From Moniliella sp. 'wahieum' (Eukaryota): a stretch of DNA of 64,000 bases. A program made the translations under genes and the position numbers. Below the pieces are notes generated by a model, which worked only from the letters and a program-made list of their open reading frames with translations, made no database searches and was not told the DNA's origin. The stretch covers positions 62,001-126,000 of the forward strand of contig RSEE01000003.1 of NCBI GenBank assembly GCA_003971905.1. The letters are read 5' to 3'. How positions within the stretch are numbered: the stretch's first letter is position 1; the number at the start of each line of letters is the position of its first letter. Shown piece by piece: positions 1 to 11,827 of the stretch.

Positions 1-1401
1 TGTCCTGGGCGTCGGAGCGCTTGCTCACTCAGTGAGTACTCAGGCTAAGACTCAGCGCCGCAAGGCATGTGACTCAGAGCGGGAGTTTAGGAGAAAACGA
101 GGATGGTGCATGTTACGTACCAGTCGTCTAGTTTGCCTGTTGCTGCTGCCACAAGTATAGAGGGGATGTCCCCAGAGGGGATTTGGGATTGTGCAAGATG
201 ATGACGATGTCGATGATGGTGGATTGTCGATTGCAGCAGACGCGCAAGGGCCCGAACGCCTTTCCCGCTGGAAGCGCGTCCGAGGGCCTGTGGTACCTGA
301 GCGCGGCCTGGCACTGGGCGCTTTGAGCGCCTTGAAGCTTGAAGCGTGAGCGCTGGAGCGCGGAGAGGCCGAGGCACTGCGGCGTGAGATTAGGCGAGCG
401 TTCGTCGTATCCTAAACAAGCGGCTCTTTAATTAGGAACGGCCACCTACAGAACACTGCCGCCGTGCGTGTGAAGAAAAGCGGCAGGCGCGGGGGAGCGG
501 GGCTAGTCACCAGTTCCAGCCACTAGTTACTCAACAAGCCTGAGCCTCAGGGCCACTCTCGTGTCGCCTCACGGCAACAAAGCAGCTGGCCCGACGCCTC
601 CCGACGCCCACTTGGCAACCGGGCACGGAGAACTCGTTTGCGCTGAGGCTACGGCACGGCCCCCTGTGCTCTGGCGTGCTGCAGCGGCCAATTAGCTTAA
701 TTAGGCCGCCATGCGGCCAGTGCCGATGCCCGCCCTCATCTGGGTGTCTCAAGCTTCTGCATCATGCATCACACATCATGGCGCTACACAGTGGCTCAGT
801 GCTCAGCGAGCCTACAGCTTAGCGCTGATCAATGATCGATGATCTGCTAGTCATCGATACTGGATGATGCCAAGGCTCAGCCAGCACGGCGCCTGCCTTT
901 GGACCTCCAGTCTCCAAAGCTAAAGAATGTGGCAAAAACTGTTTTGGTGCCACTGCGCTGCAACCCCTCTGACAAGAGCCCGAGGGCAGCCTTGGGCAGC
1001 CACCGTGCCGCCTCCAACCCCTCCTATCATCCACCCCCGCTGCGTCCATCCGTTGCCCTCCACCCTATCCGTCTGACACATCCGCCATATACCCCTCCCT
1101 CCGCCCGCGCCACACGTCTGGGTTCCGTTGTTCAACGTTCAACGTCACGTTCATGCATGTCATCCGCTTGTCCCCGCTTTTCTTGCGCTGGGGGCCGATG
1201 GACCCTTCCCCGTTTCTTCGTGTTTTTCTTGCTCTCCACGCTGCAGTCTGCTCCCAGCCCACCTTAACTTGTCGTTGATTCCTGCCACCGCCACAGCACT
1301 TTCGTAACCGCATCAGCTACTTTTGCCGACCTCTCCCTGCCCCTCTTGTCTCCATTTCCTGTTGACCAACCCCTGCCGCACTTGCTCCCACCCCTCCCAG
1401 C

Positions 1402-2870
1402 ATGGCCGTGGCAGTGGAGTCGGCTCGGCCATTCGCCTCGCCTGCGTCTCCAGGTGTGGCTGGACCAGCGCCTGCGCATCACTCAGCTCCCCCGTCCACA
1501 CTGAGACCCCAACCTCCCAACCAACGGCCGCCCCGGGGGAGAGGAGGTCCTCCTGTCGGCCCTACGTTGCCCGAAGGAGCAAGAAGACCAAGACGACCGC
1601 CTGGCGCTCAGCGCAAGCCGCGTCGCTCGAGCGCCGAGGTGCATGCCGAACTGATGAAAGCCCAAGCAGATACCGACTGGCTCGAGGACAACGTATGTAC
1701 TGTTTGCTCCAAGGTGGTCACTGGGCGCGACTTGTATGTTCCCCCACTTGTCGCAGCGCGGATAGCGGGACTGCGGTGGGGCCGCCGCGCGGGGAAAGTG
1801 TGTCCAATTGGAACGCTGCGGGTCGCCTTTCGCTTTCGTTTTCGCGCCGCGCCTCGCTTCCTCTCTTGGCCCCAGGCTTGGTCTCCCCGTGCACGAGGGC
1901 ACGAGGCGCGATCCGAGCCCACCCTCGGGGCACACCTTGACCGAGTCGGAATCAGAAGTGACACCCGACCCACCGTCGACCGGGGCCGGTGCGGGAGCGG
2001 TAGGGGCCCCAAGATCCGGCTCGGGTGAGTTTGCCTGCATCGCTGGTGCAATCCTGAACTTGCTTCTGCTCGACTTTCGCTGGGCAACCGGCAATGCGGT
2101 ACAACCGTCGTCCATCTAAGGCGCCCCTGCCTCCGCCCGTGCTCTTGGACGGCGCTCTGCTTCCCCCACCTTGGTTCCCCATCGCCAACGCACCGCCATT
2201 CATACGCCATGGGTATGGGCATGGGCATGCCTGCCATTCCCGTTCGCGGGGATGCTCCGTCGCACCAAAAGGGGGAAAGGGAGTCGACCGCACCACAGCT
2301 GCGCGCTCGTATGCCCCCCCATTGACTGCACCTTTTGCGGTGACTCTACGTCGCACGTCGTTGTCTCTGGATATGGGTCGGGGACGAAGAAGGCTGGCGT
2401 TTCGCACCCTGCGCCCCTTGCGCCCTTTACCGATTGGAATTTCTCCATTCCGGCCTCGTCGTGTCATGTGATGGGATCCAGTGGCGCGCTCCCGGGCGCA
2501 GAACACATATCCCTCCCCGCCGCGCCGGCTCTCGGCCTTCGCTCTCCCTCCCCCCCCTTTCTCCGCTTCTGTCGCCAACGAACCGGACGGGTTGTGAGCG
2601 ATGGGACGGATGGAGAGGGCGTGAAGCGGTACTATTCCGTTCCTCCTGGCACGCTTCTTGTCGGACCATCAACCGTGCTTCCCCTCCTCGTCAGGGGCCT
2701 CAGGCCTCACCAAAAAGCCCTCCACATTGGGCATTGCCTCGCCATTCTGGATCTCACACGCTTGGCTTGCATTCGCATCATTCTTCTGATCCTTGTGATC
2801 ACGTATATCCCAACATGTACACCGCACCGCCATTCTTTGGTACCATATCATCTGTGCTTGCTTGCTGTAA
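1402..2870 (+). CDS. Ecl1-family (four-Cys zinc-binding motif) low-complexity protein; frameshifted, 3' end approximate
   Basis: Joining ORF 1402..2028 (…DNVCTVCSKVVTGRDLY) to the shifted frame (CSPTCRSAD) gives C-x2-C…LYCS-x2-C-x3-D, the Ecl1-type motif. The ATG at 1402 follows a candidate 5'UTR intron (GTAACC 1304 … CAG 1400). Confidence 0.6.
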
Positions 2871-2943
2871 GAGACAGATTCAGCGCAGGCACTTCATGGC
2901 CGTCTTCAGTAGTACAGATCCACAGGCAACAAAGAGCCAGTCC

Positions 2944-2980
2944 CAGATCCAGATCCAGATTCAGATTCAGATTCAGATTC
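2944..2980. repeat. (CAGATY)n hexamer microsatellite
   Basis: cagatccagatccagattcagattcagattcagatt seen directly. Confidence 0.9.
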
Positions 2981-3318
2981 GGACACACGTTACTACTACA
3001 GGGAAAAATTCTCTCTTCTGTTCCCGCAGCGCTGGTGGGAACTGGGGAGGGTGACTCATTGGCAGTCCGACCAAGTGGATCGGCCAGGGTCAACGAGGCG
3101 AGAGAGGCGATGTGAGAGGTAGGGAACGCGCTTGAACAGGATGATTATATGGGCTTTTTCGGCTGTATGAACAGAAATGAGTATGCCCTCTAGCCGTTCT
3201 GATGGTCGAGCATCGGCAGCGAGCGGTTAGCAGTTCCATGGATACAGCGGTGGGTACCCGGGTGGGCAGAAGGAAGGGCGATATCGGTGGAATCTCAGGG
3301 AGGGTCATTATAGACCAG

Positions 3319-3357
3319 CTACAACTAACTGATCGCGCCTATAACTAACTGATCGCG
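3319..3357. repeat. 20-bp tandem duplication
   Basis: ctacaactaactgatcgcgc / ctataactaactgatcgcg. Confidence 0.85.
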
Positions 3358-4938
3358 TACCGATCAATGCTGCCCCCACGGGTACGAGTGAAAGGACAAA
3401 TGACCGGGGTTAGGGTTTGTATTTGGGCTGAAGCAATATGGACCGAGAGCGAATGAAATTTCATGAGACCCTGCGTGCGTTGGCTTCTAATATTGAAGTG
3501 CTTGGCTCTCCACCTGATTCCGCTCCGCGGTGGAGGTGGAGACTGGAACTCAGTTCCGCGCTGCGGTCGAAATTCTTTTCTGGCGCGGCGGGGGGAGGTG
3601 GGATCGCTGCTCACCGCCTCCATCTCCAGGTAAGTTGTCGTGTCAAGCCGCTCCGAGGATGTTTCCAAAAACTGATTTAATGAGGCGGCCGCCTGGCCGA
3701 CACTCCTGCCGCACAATGCGGGATGAGGCTTTCTTGCTCCCATGCCGCCTTCCAGGTGCACCATTCTGTATGGTTGACTGACCCTGGTTGCTTTTTGTGA
3801 TTGATTCCAGCCGCTCCAGCCCGTTGGCGCTCTTGTCACAACCTCAGCAGTCTCACCTCGGCCCCGTTTGGTTGGCAAGGATGCATGCCGTGCCTTCTTG
3901 CGCGGCCGTTTGCAAAAGTAGGAAGAAAATGCGCCATGTCTGTCGACTGGCCCCATATGTCGTACGTGTCTGCCTGCGCACCATAGGTATACAACTTAGC
4001 CGGGGGGGCGTAGAAAATGGGGCCGAGGGCCTTATGTGTGAGCGCCTGAGGCGGTTACCGGGACTAGAAAACCCAAAAGCCAGTGCCATCATCTTTTCCC
4101 AGCCCACCCAGGCCTGCTGTAGACGAAAGAGGTTCTTCCACACGCAAACAAGCGAAGGGCCAACACGAATGTACATGCTCTGTTTGATGGGCGGGCTGAA
4201 AAGACGTTACAACATTGGCGGCCGCGCCATCGAGTTGGTTCCAACCAGGCTACCACAGGGGAGAGCAAAGGAGTGTGAGAGGGCTCGGTCCAAGGAGCGA
4301 GAAAGGGAAAAGGAAAGTAGCAACACCAAAGGGGAAGTCGGGATGCAATACGGTAGAGGTCGCCAAGCCAAGTTAACGTCTGCTGAGGCTGAGCCTGCGG
4401 TCTCAAACCCAGAGCAGCTTGGACCGAACCAGAGTGGATCACTTGATCCGTCTCGCCGGACGGAGGGCCGCATGCCAGGACTACGGGGATGGTACCGCAG
4501 GGTACGGGCTTGAGCGTGTGCACTAGGCAAACCATCATCTCCATTGTTCATTTACTCTCCCTGGGAAGCCATGGGATCGGCATTGCCTTCGAAATCCCAC
4601 TCCAAGGGAAGAAAGACTGGGATCGCTCCTCTCTTGCCCCTTCCACGGAGGTTAGTGGTTGATCACGCTCTTACCTAGAGGCGAGGGAAACAAGAGGCAT
4701 TGAGGAGCACAACGTAATGGTTGGGGTTGCTGCGGTGGTGGTTGTGGGTGGCGTGGCAATGTTGCTGTGCATTTCATGTAACAGGGCCAGCCGACCTTCG
4801 TGGATGATCGATCGCAGGGGACTGTTGCTGCAAATGTATGGGTCAAGTACCGACCGGGTTCCCGGCCTCCGAGCGTGGCACCATTACCGTTCCAACAACA
4901 GACAGGATGCAAAATATGGGATCGATTCCAGCAGCATC

Positions 4939-5761
4939 CTACCAGTCGCCTCCACCAAAGTCCATGTCACCCCCGCCAAAGTCTCCGCCAGAGTCAAAGT
5001 TGTTGTCCATGTCGCCATTATCAAAGTTGTTGTCCATGTCGCCATTGTCATAGTTATTGTCCATGTTACCGTTGTCATAGTTATTGTCCATGTCGCCGTT
5101 GTCATGGTTATCCTCCATCCGGCCATTTTCAAATCCCTGCTGGTAGGCCTCTTCCTCACGGTCGTCTGCATCCCCGGCGCATCGCCATCGTCAGTCTGGT
5201 GACAACGAATTCCCCAAGAAAGAGGCACTAGCAAAACGTACCAATCGCATCTTCCAGTAACATTCCGCCCAGCAGCCCGCCTCCCAGGCCCAGCGCTGCC
5301 CGCCCATGCCGCCCATCCTTTCCGCCGCCGCACCACCAAACAAGCCATGGCGCCTGGGCGGCTGGGCTTGCACCACGACCGGCGGTTGTTGAGGGGATAC
5401 TGCTGCGGCGGGGGCGCATACCCTTGGGGCGCATACCCTGGGGCGGATACGCTTGTGGTGCGTGGCGCGGGGCGCGGCTGGCTCGGGGGCGGGCCCGGCG
5501 GAGGCGCATAGCTTGGGCCGTTCTGTGTCCGGCTCGTCCAACGGGTGCACCCAGATGGAGCGGGGCGGGGTGGCGCGCGTGTCGACGTAGAACCAGCGGT
5601 TGTACTGCGAGTTGAACTGCTTGGTCCACCCGGGCGGGAGTGGGCGCGGGTCCTCGCCGGGGCTGTTGGGCTCGGGGAGCGGCGGCGGCAGGCGACGCTT
5701 GCTGGTGGGCAGGCGGGGCGCCGCCGTCGGAGCTCTTGTGGGAGTGGGAAAAGAGTCCCAT
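4939..5761 (-). CDS. WW-domain protein (Wwm1-like architecture) with Pro/Gln/Tyr-rich middle and Asp/Asn/Gly-rich tail
   Basis: Start MGLFSHSHKS; WW-like RPLPPGWTKQFNSQYNRWFYVDTRATPPRSIWVHP; GLGGGLLGGMLLEDAI motif; candidate intron ~5195-5240; ends …DFGGGDMDFGGGDW* (TAG at 4939-4941). Several 1-nt frameshifts. Confidence 0.8.
4993..5105 (-). repeat. Coding 27-bp tandem repeat x4 (DNG[D/N]MDNN[Y/F])
   Basis: Repeating gtcatagttattgtccatgtcgccgtt-type unit inside the WW-gene tail. Confidence 0.9.
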
Positions 5762-6189
5762 TGGGATGGGGGGGCGGAGGGGGGGCACGAAGCCGACGGG
5801 GGTGGTGTGGGCAGGAAGCAATGTCAGCCGAGTAAGCCACACCACGCCATGGCCTCCTGTATCCATATCAGTGACATCTGAACTGGAGATCTGACTGACA
5901 GACACAGCTTCTGTGTTCCGCGCACTGCTGTGCGCTTGGGGGCTCCCACAGCCACACGTGGTGTGTGATTGATCCTGGTGATCGTCGCCTGATCAGCGGC
6001 GCCTTGGCCAACATGCAACCGTGGAGTATCAAGAACGTTCATGCCCAGCGCAATTTGAAAGCTGCATCCTCCTTTCACGCCTTGCGCTGTCCGCCCTGGC
6101 CGCGACAGCCTTCAACTTCAACTCCGCACGCAGCCAGAGCAGCTCGGCCCCGCCGCTTTCCCCCCCGCCCCATCGTCGCCGTGCACACC

Positions 6190-7625
6190 ATGGCAGCGAC
6201 CGTACCCGACCAGGTCGACGTGGTTGTGTTTGGCGCCACGGGATTCACCGGCCTGCTCGTCTCCAAGTATCTCGACACCCACCCCGCCCAGCCCACGTTC
6301 GCCATCGCCGGCCGCAGCGCCAGCAAGCTCGCTGCGTCCAAGCCCAGCTCTCCCGCCCCGGCGTGCCCACGATTGTTGCCAATGTCGCCGAGCCGTCGTC
6401 GATCCAGGCGATGGTTTCCCGCGCCGTGTGGTGATCATGGTTTCCCGTTTGGCAAGTGCAATGCCCGCGCGCTGGTGGCCGAGTGCGTGCGCCAAAAGCG
6501 CCATTACTGATTTGACCGGCGAGAGCCGGTACTACGCTGACTTGCTGCGCGAATTTGGTCGGCTGCCCAAGAAGCCGGCTCAGTCATCGTCCCCCAGCGC
6601 TGGGTTTGACTGTTCGTTTCTTCCTCGTCTCCCTCTGCTTGCGCCTACTGACTTTGGTTTGGCGTAGCGGTGCCTTTTGACCTCTCTACCTTTCTCGCGG
6701 CCCAAAAAGTGCAACAAGCCTCTGGCCAGGTGGCGTGGCCGATGTCTAATGCTCCATGCGCATTGGAGGTGGTGTATCAGCAAAGGAACACTCAAGTCGG
6801 GGTAGAGATGACCCGCGCGGGCTCGAGGCTACCGTTTCGCCCCGCTCCGGCCAGGCTCTCGCTGTTCGTCGATGGGAGATGTGGCCAATGTATGCGGATG
6901 TCCTGTCGCCTTCCGTCCCGAGTGGTGGGGAGCATAGCATCCCCACTTCTCTCGTCACCTGCCCCGGGATTTGGGGCCGAACCATGTCATGGCCTTCTTC
7001 CCTCTCTCGCCTCAACAAACCGGATCGTCAACCGGACTTGGGGGCTGCTCCAATCCCAGCCAAGTACGCTATGGCGATCGTTTCCAATACCATGACGGAC
7101 CTGTGATGCCCTTCCGGTGGATGGCAGCCCTCTTTAGTCTCATCAGTTTGGCAATTCCGTTCCTCATGGCCTACTTGCCGCCTCTTGCTTGGTTCATTAA
7201 GGCGCTCCCAGAACAGTTGGGCTTCACCCGGAACGTACGTTTCTTCTCTCCCCTATTCCGTTTCCGTTTCCGATTAGATACTAACTTGGGCTGCAGAGGT
7301 GAGTCGGGCTTTCTCGATATGGTACAGTTGCCGTGCGGTGAAGGCGAAAAGGCGATCACATACATGAGTTGCCGTGGGGTACGTTACTTCTCTTACGCCT
7401 TGACTTGGCCTCGCTACTAACTTTTTGTGGCCTCGTTTCAGACCCGGGGTACCTTAAGACGGCCACTCTCATTGCCGAGGTAGCCTTGACGACGCTGGAG
7501 CCGCCACAGAACAGGATCCTGCCCGCCGGCATTTTGACCAGTCCGCTTTGGGGCCTACCCTGCCCGAGCGGTTTGGTCAAGTACGGGGGCTTCCAAATTA
7601 CCACGGAGCTGTACGAGTGCTGCCG
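6190..7625 (+). CDS. Saccharopine dehydrogenase-like oxidoreductase (SCCPDH-like); multi-intron, frameshifted, 3' end approximate
   Basis: N-terminal Rossmann motif DVVVFGATGFTG…FAIAGRS, a DLTGE motif, SAGFD, and C-terminal DPGYLKTATLIAEVAL…GILT. Confidence 0.85.
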
Positions 7626-7813
7626 CCAAATTCAAAGCCTTCTAACTTTTGTCACTTCTTTTCTCCCTGATGGGATCATCTTTGCTTGGTTGTCTCTACT
7701 GTGCTCCTTTCTGTCATCCAATTGGACGAACAACAGATCGATAGTATGGAAAAAAATGTAGGGTAGATAACCAATGGGATCTGAGGAGGCGGAGAAAGAG
7801 GGTAACCCAACAA

Positions 7814-10800
7814 TCAAGGAATGTCGAGCACGCCCTTGAGCTTTTGATCAGCCTCTTTTCGTCGGTAGAGACCGTGTCCAGAACAAGTCCTTCAAGCTGT
7901 CAATCGACAGCGCGCGAGATCTTGGACACAATCTCGTCCGACTCCGAGGATCTGTTTGCCACCTCGATCTTGTGGTCATTCTCAATCTTGACGGCCACAC
8001 CAGCCACCCACCTCCTTCTTGGTCACCAGTTGTTGTCCGTCTGTAATATGCAGGGATACTACCCGCCCAGATCCACCGTCGTCTTCTTTTTTGTTGCCGG
8101 GTCAACCTTGACGACCGCCAAGGGCGTTCCACGCGCAGCGATCCATCGATAATGTCCACACGAGAATCAACGGCGAACGGTTGGTAAACACGGCAGGATG
8201 CGAAGACGGCAGGGCCAGACCGCGACTGGAGCGGCAGCGGCACGGCGTGTGCCAAGATCTCTTGATTGTATGCTAAAGGCGTCAAAGAGATGGTAAATAA
8301 TGTCGGCTTGGAAGATGCGGATGCCCAGCTCTTCGGCTAACCGAGCCGCGTCCTTGTCAACCAACGTCAAAGCAGAGCATGGCAGCAAATCGGGCGCCTT
8401 TTCCAGCATGGTCGCCGTGTGCGATCACATCCTTTTGTACACAGGACCAATGTTAACGCTCGATACAGGGATCTTGCTCTGCTTGAGGAACTCGAGCAGC
8501 GCCTCGAGCGAGCCCAGGGTCGATGCCTGCACCGACACACCGCCCCGAGCGGTCAATGCTATTGAGAAGCGAGGTAGGTCGCCCAATCACCTCGTCCTTG
8601 AGATCGTCCTCGTCATCGTCCGGGCCGACAACCAGAAGGCGCGAGCCAGCCACAGCCTGCCTCAGATCAGGAGCAGCAATTTTTAACGCCCATCGCGGCC
8701 TTGATCTCCTTGTGGTGGAATAGGAGCCCTTAAACACGATCTCCTTCAGCGGTTGCGGCGTGAGCAGAGCGACGAACTTGAGTCACGATCGCTTGGCCAT
8801 TCAGCCCGGCCACCACAATCCGGTCGCCTTCGTGAAGGATACCGTTGCTGAGCACGACCATCAATTGTAGTACCCAAACCCTCGATAACTTGACCTCGAG
8901 TACGGTCGCCTCCAATTCGGAGAGGTACATCAGGCAACGCTCATCGGGTCTGAGTAGCTGGGTGGGAGCAGCTGGAGAAGGTCAGGGATGCCCTCGCCCG
9001 TGTGAGCCGAAGTGGGAACAAGGGATACGGTCTGCGAAATCCTTGTTCTTAAAGTAAAGCTCGGCGTTGAGGCCTGTCCGCAAGCGCCACCCGAACCCCC
9101 TTTGAGGCGGTCCTCAAACTCTGACTGAGTCCCCCGGTTCTGGTTTTCCCAACTGAGACGGAAACCATTGTTGGGGGTCGCCTGCCAGCCGTAGAGACGG
9201 TCGATTTGTTGAGGGCCACAATGAACGGCGCGTCTACTGTCACGCAGCAAGCGGATCGACTCGAGCGTTTGCGGCTCGAGACCATGCATAATGTCAATGA
9301 CAAGAATGGCAATGTTGCAAAGCGAAGTACCACGGGAGCGGAGGTTGGTGAACGACTCGTGACCAGGCGTGTCAATGACAAGGAGACCAGGAATCTTGTA
9401 CTCAAATTCACCCTTCGGATCAATTACCCGGGCCTTTGCTTTGATGTTCTACGGGAAGTAGGTGGCACCAATCTGTTGTGTGATACCACCTGCCTCGCCT
9501 TCTGGACGTTCGTCTGGCGGATTGTCGAGCAACTTGGTCTTACCCGTGTCGACGTGACCCAAAATACAGATTGGCGACCGAAGATTGTCCTTGGACCGAG
9601 CCTGCATCGCCTCCTCGTGCCGCTTCAACCTACGCTGTGGCCTCCTCCTTCCGCGCCTGCTCCATCTTTTGCCGAGTCGTCAGCTCCTCATCTGAGCTGC
9701 TTTCCTCCTCCGAGTCATCTTCCGAATCCTCAGAGTCCGAGGGGGCAGGGGCCGCCTTCTGACCATTGGCCCCGGCCTTCTTCGGTGGCCGCCTTTGGAG
9801 CAGACGTGGCAGTCTTTTAGGTTTCTCGTCAGCCTCCTCGTCCGAGTCAGCGTCCCAATCGTCCAGGTCGTCTCCGTCACCATTCTCGTTCGACTCGGCG
9901 TCCCAGTCATCCAGGCCATCATCGTCGTCTCAGCGGGTTTTTGCTCTGTTCGGCCGCCTTCGCTTTACGGGCCTCCTCCTCGCGGAGGCGAGCTTCCTCT
10001 TCTGCTTTCTTGCGGGCCGCAGCAGCAGCAGCAGCCTCTTGGGCCGCAATCTCCTCCGCTGTAGGAGGCGTCTTTTCTTCTTCTTGCCATTGTCATATAC
10101 GACACGCTTTTTCTTCTCTCCTCCCTCGGCGGGCGCATTGCGCCGCTCGAGCACATCTGCCGATACTTGGCCCGCAGCAATCATGGCCTTCAGTCGCTGC
10201 TCAGCCTCCTTCTGCTTCTTCTTTTCGGCCGGGGTGAGCAGCTTGCCTTCCTTACGCAGCTGCTCTTTCTTGAGACGCTCCTTTTCCTTCTTGGCCAAGC
10301 GGCAGCCTCCTTGGCCTCCGCTTCCTCACGCTCCTTGCGTTCCTCCTCTTCGATCCGCTTGCGTTCTGCCTCCTCAGCCAACGAGCCTCCTCTTCAGCCT
10401 TCTTGCGTGCCTCCATCTGGGCGCGGAGCATAGCCAGCGCGCCCGACGGCTTCTTGCCACCGGCGGGGGCCTTGTCTCCACCCGCGGCACCCTTTTCTTC
10501 TTTTCTTGCCTTCGAGTTGGAAGCGGCATCATCATCGTTTTCAGCCCCATTCTGCAGCGAGGGTTCGGATTTAGTTGGGCGTCCGCCGCGGCACGCTTGG
10601 CGTCGGCTGCAGCCTTCTTGGCCGCCTTCTCCTTTTCCTTTTTCAGACGCTCCTTCTCCTTCTTCGTCAAAAGCTGCAAAGGCGTTCAGGTCAGCACATC
10701 AGCGTATTGCAACTGTGAGCAAACGTACCTTTGGGACCTCGGGCTCATCAGCAGGCTTGGCCGGCTCGGGCAGCAGCAGGCTGAGGCGCCGGAGAGGCAG

Positions 10801-11102
10801 CGGCCGGTTCTGTCTCCTGCTTGGCTTGGGCAGGGGCCGGTGCTTCCCCCGTGATTTCCGCTGCTTCAGCCTCCAGTTCGTCCCAATTGACTTCATTCTT
10901 CTTCTTGTTCTTCTTGCCTTTCTTGGACGCGGCCTGGACGCTGGCCATCAAGCCACCGCCAAAGTCGTCGTCCGCCGTAGCAGGGGAGGGGCAGGAGCAG
11001 CATCGGCGTCCTCAGTGGCGGGCTGCGCAGGCGGATGGTTTCGCCCAGCTCGGCCTCCCAGTCGTCGTTCGCGGCCTTGCGGCCTCCCTTCTTCTTTGCC
11101 AT
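7814..11102 (-). CDS. FUN12: Translation initiation factor eIF5B (IF2-like GTPase)
   Basis: Fragments [56 protein letters not shown]. Long Lys/Glu-rich N-terminus ([16 protein letters not shown]); intron 10674..10728; ends …KLKGVLDIP*. Confidence 0.95.
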
Positions 11103-11827
11103 CTCGAGCACCCAAGTAAGATTGGTGGCAAGGCGCAGGGGAGCGGCGTCAGCGTAAGCGGAACCATCCCCAGGCCACCTCCAGCCTCCGAAGGGAAAAG
11201 AAAAAAAACGGGGTTCGGAACGGCCGAGGGGCAGTGTCCACCCAACCCTTATGAATCTCCTGACGTAACTGGTCTGACGACTGCAGCTGATTTTTCAAGG
11301 TTAGGTTAGATTGCTACGGCCGCCCCGATATATCTCCCCCTAGCTTGATGGGTATTTGGGCCCAGCATCCTCCCAACTCCTCCGGAAAAGATTGACAACG
11401 TTGACAAAGTTACAGCACACACCGCTACCTATGAGCAGGAGAGGAATCGTTGTGCGCCGGCCTGGGCACGGCCTGCTGCCAATCCCAACTAGACCACTCG
11501 AGTGGACAGATGGCTGATTCTCGTTATTGGACGTGCGCTCTCCCCTTTCTCCCTTTAAAAGATCTGACATCGTTAAAGGATCTGGCAGCTAGACCAGTTG
11601 CAACGAAATCAGAGGTTACTGGGTATGGACATTCGAAGCCGCGATGGTATCGTGAACGGTAGTAGAGGAAGCGAGAAAGAGAAAAAGAAAAGAAAGAGAA
11701 AAGAACAGAGAAGAAGAAACCAGAGCAGAGAGGGAAGATGCAGATGCAGGGTGCGCGATCCTGGATCCAAGTCAACAAGCAACAGGAGACAGGCTCAATC
11801 GTCGAAAGATACTGGGTGGCGGCGCAT

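Noticed and set aside
3345..4551. ORFs 3345..3956 (-) and 3788..4513 (+) as genes
   Set aside because: No recognisable domain or evident codon bias; they overlap on opposite strands and cannot be supported.
4993..5105. Regular repeats as a possible CRISPR-like array
   Set aside because: Head-to-tail 27-bp coding repeat with no unique spacers; eukaryotic context and no cas genes.
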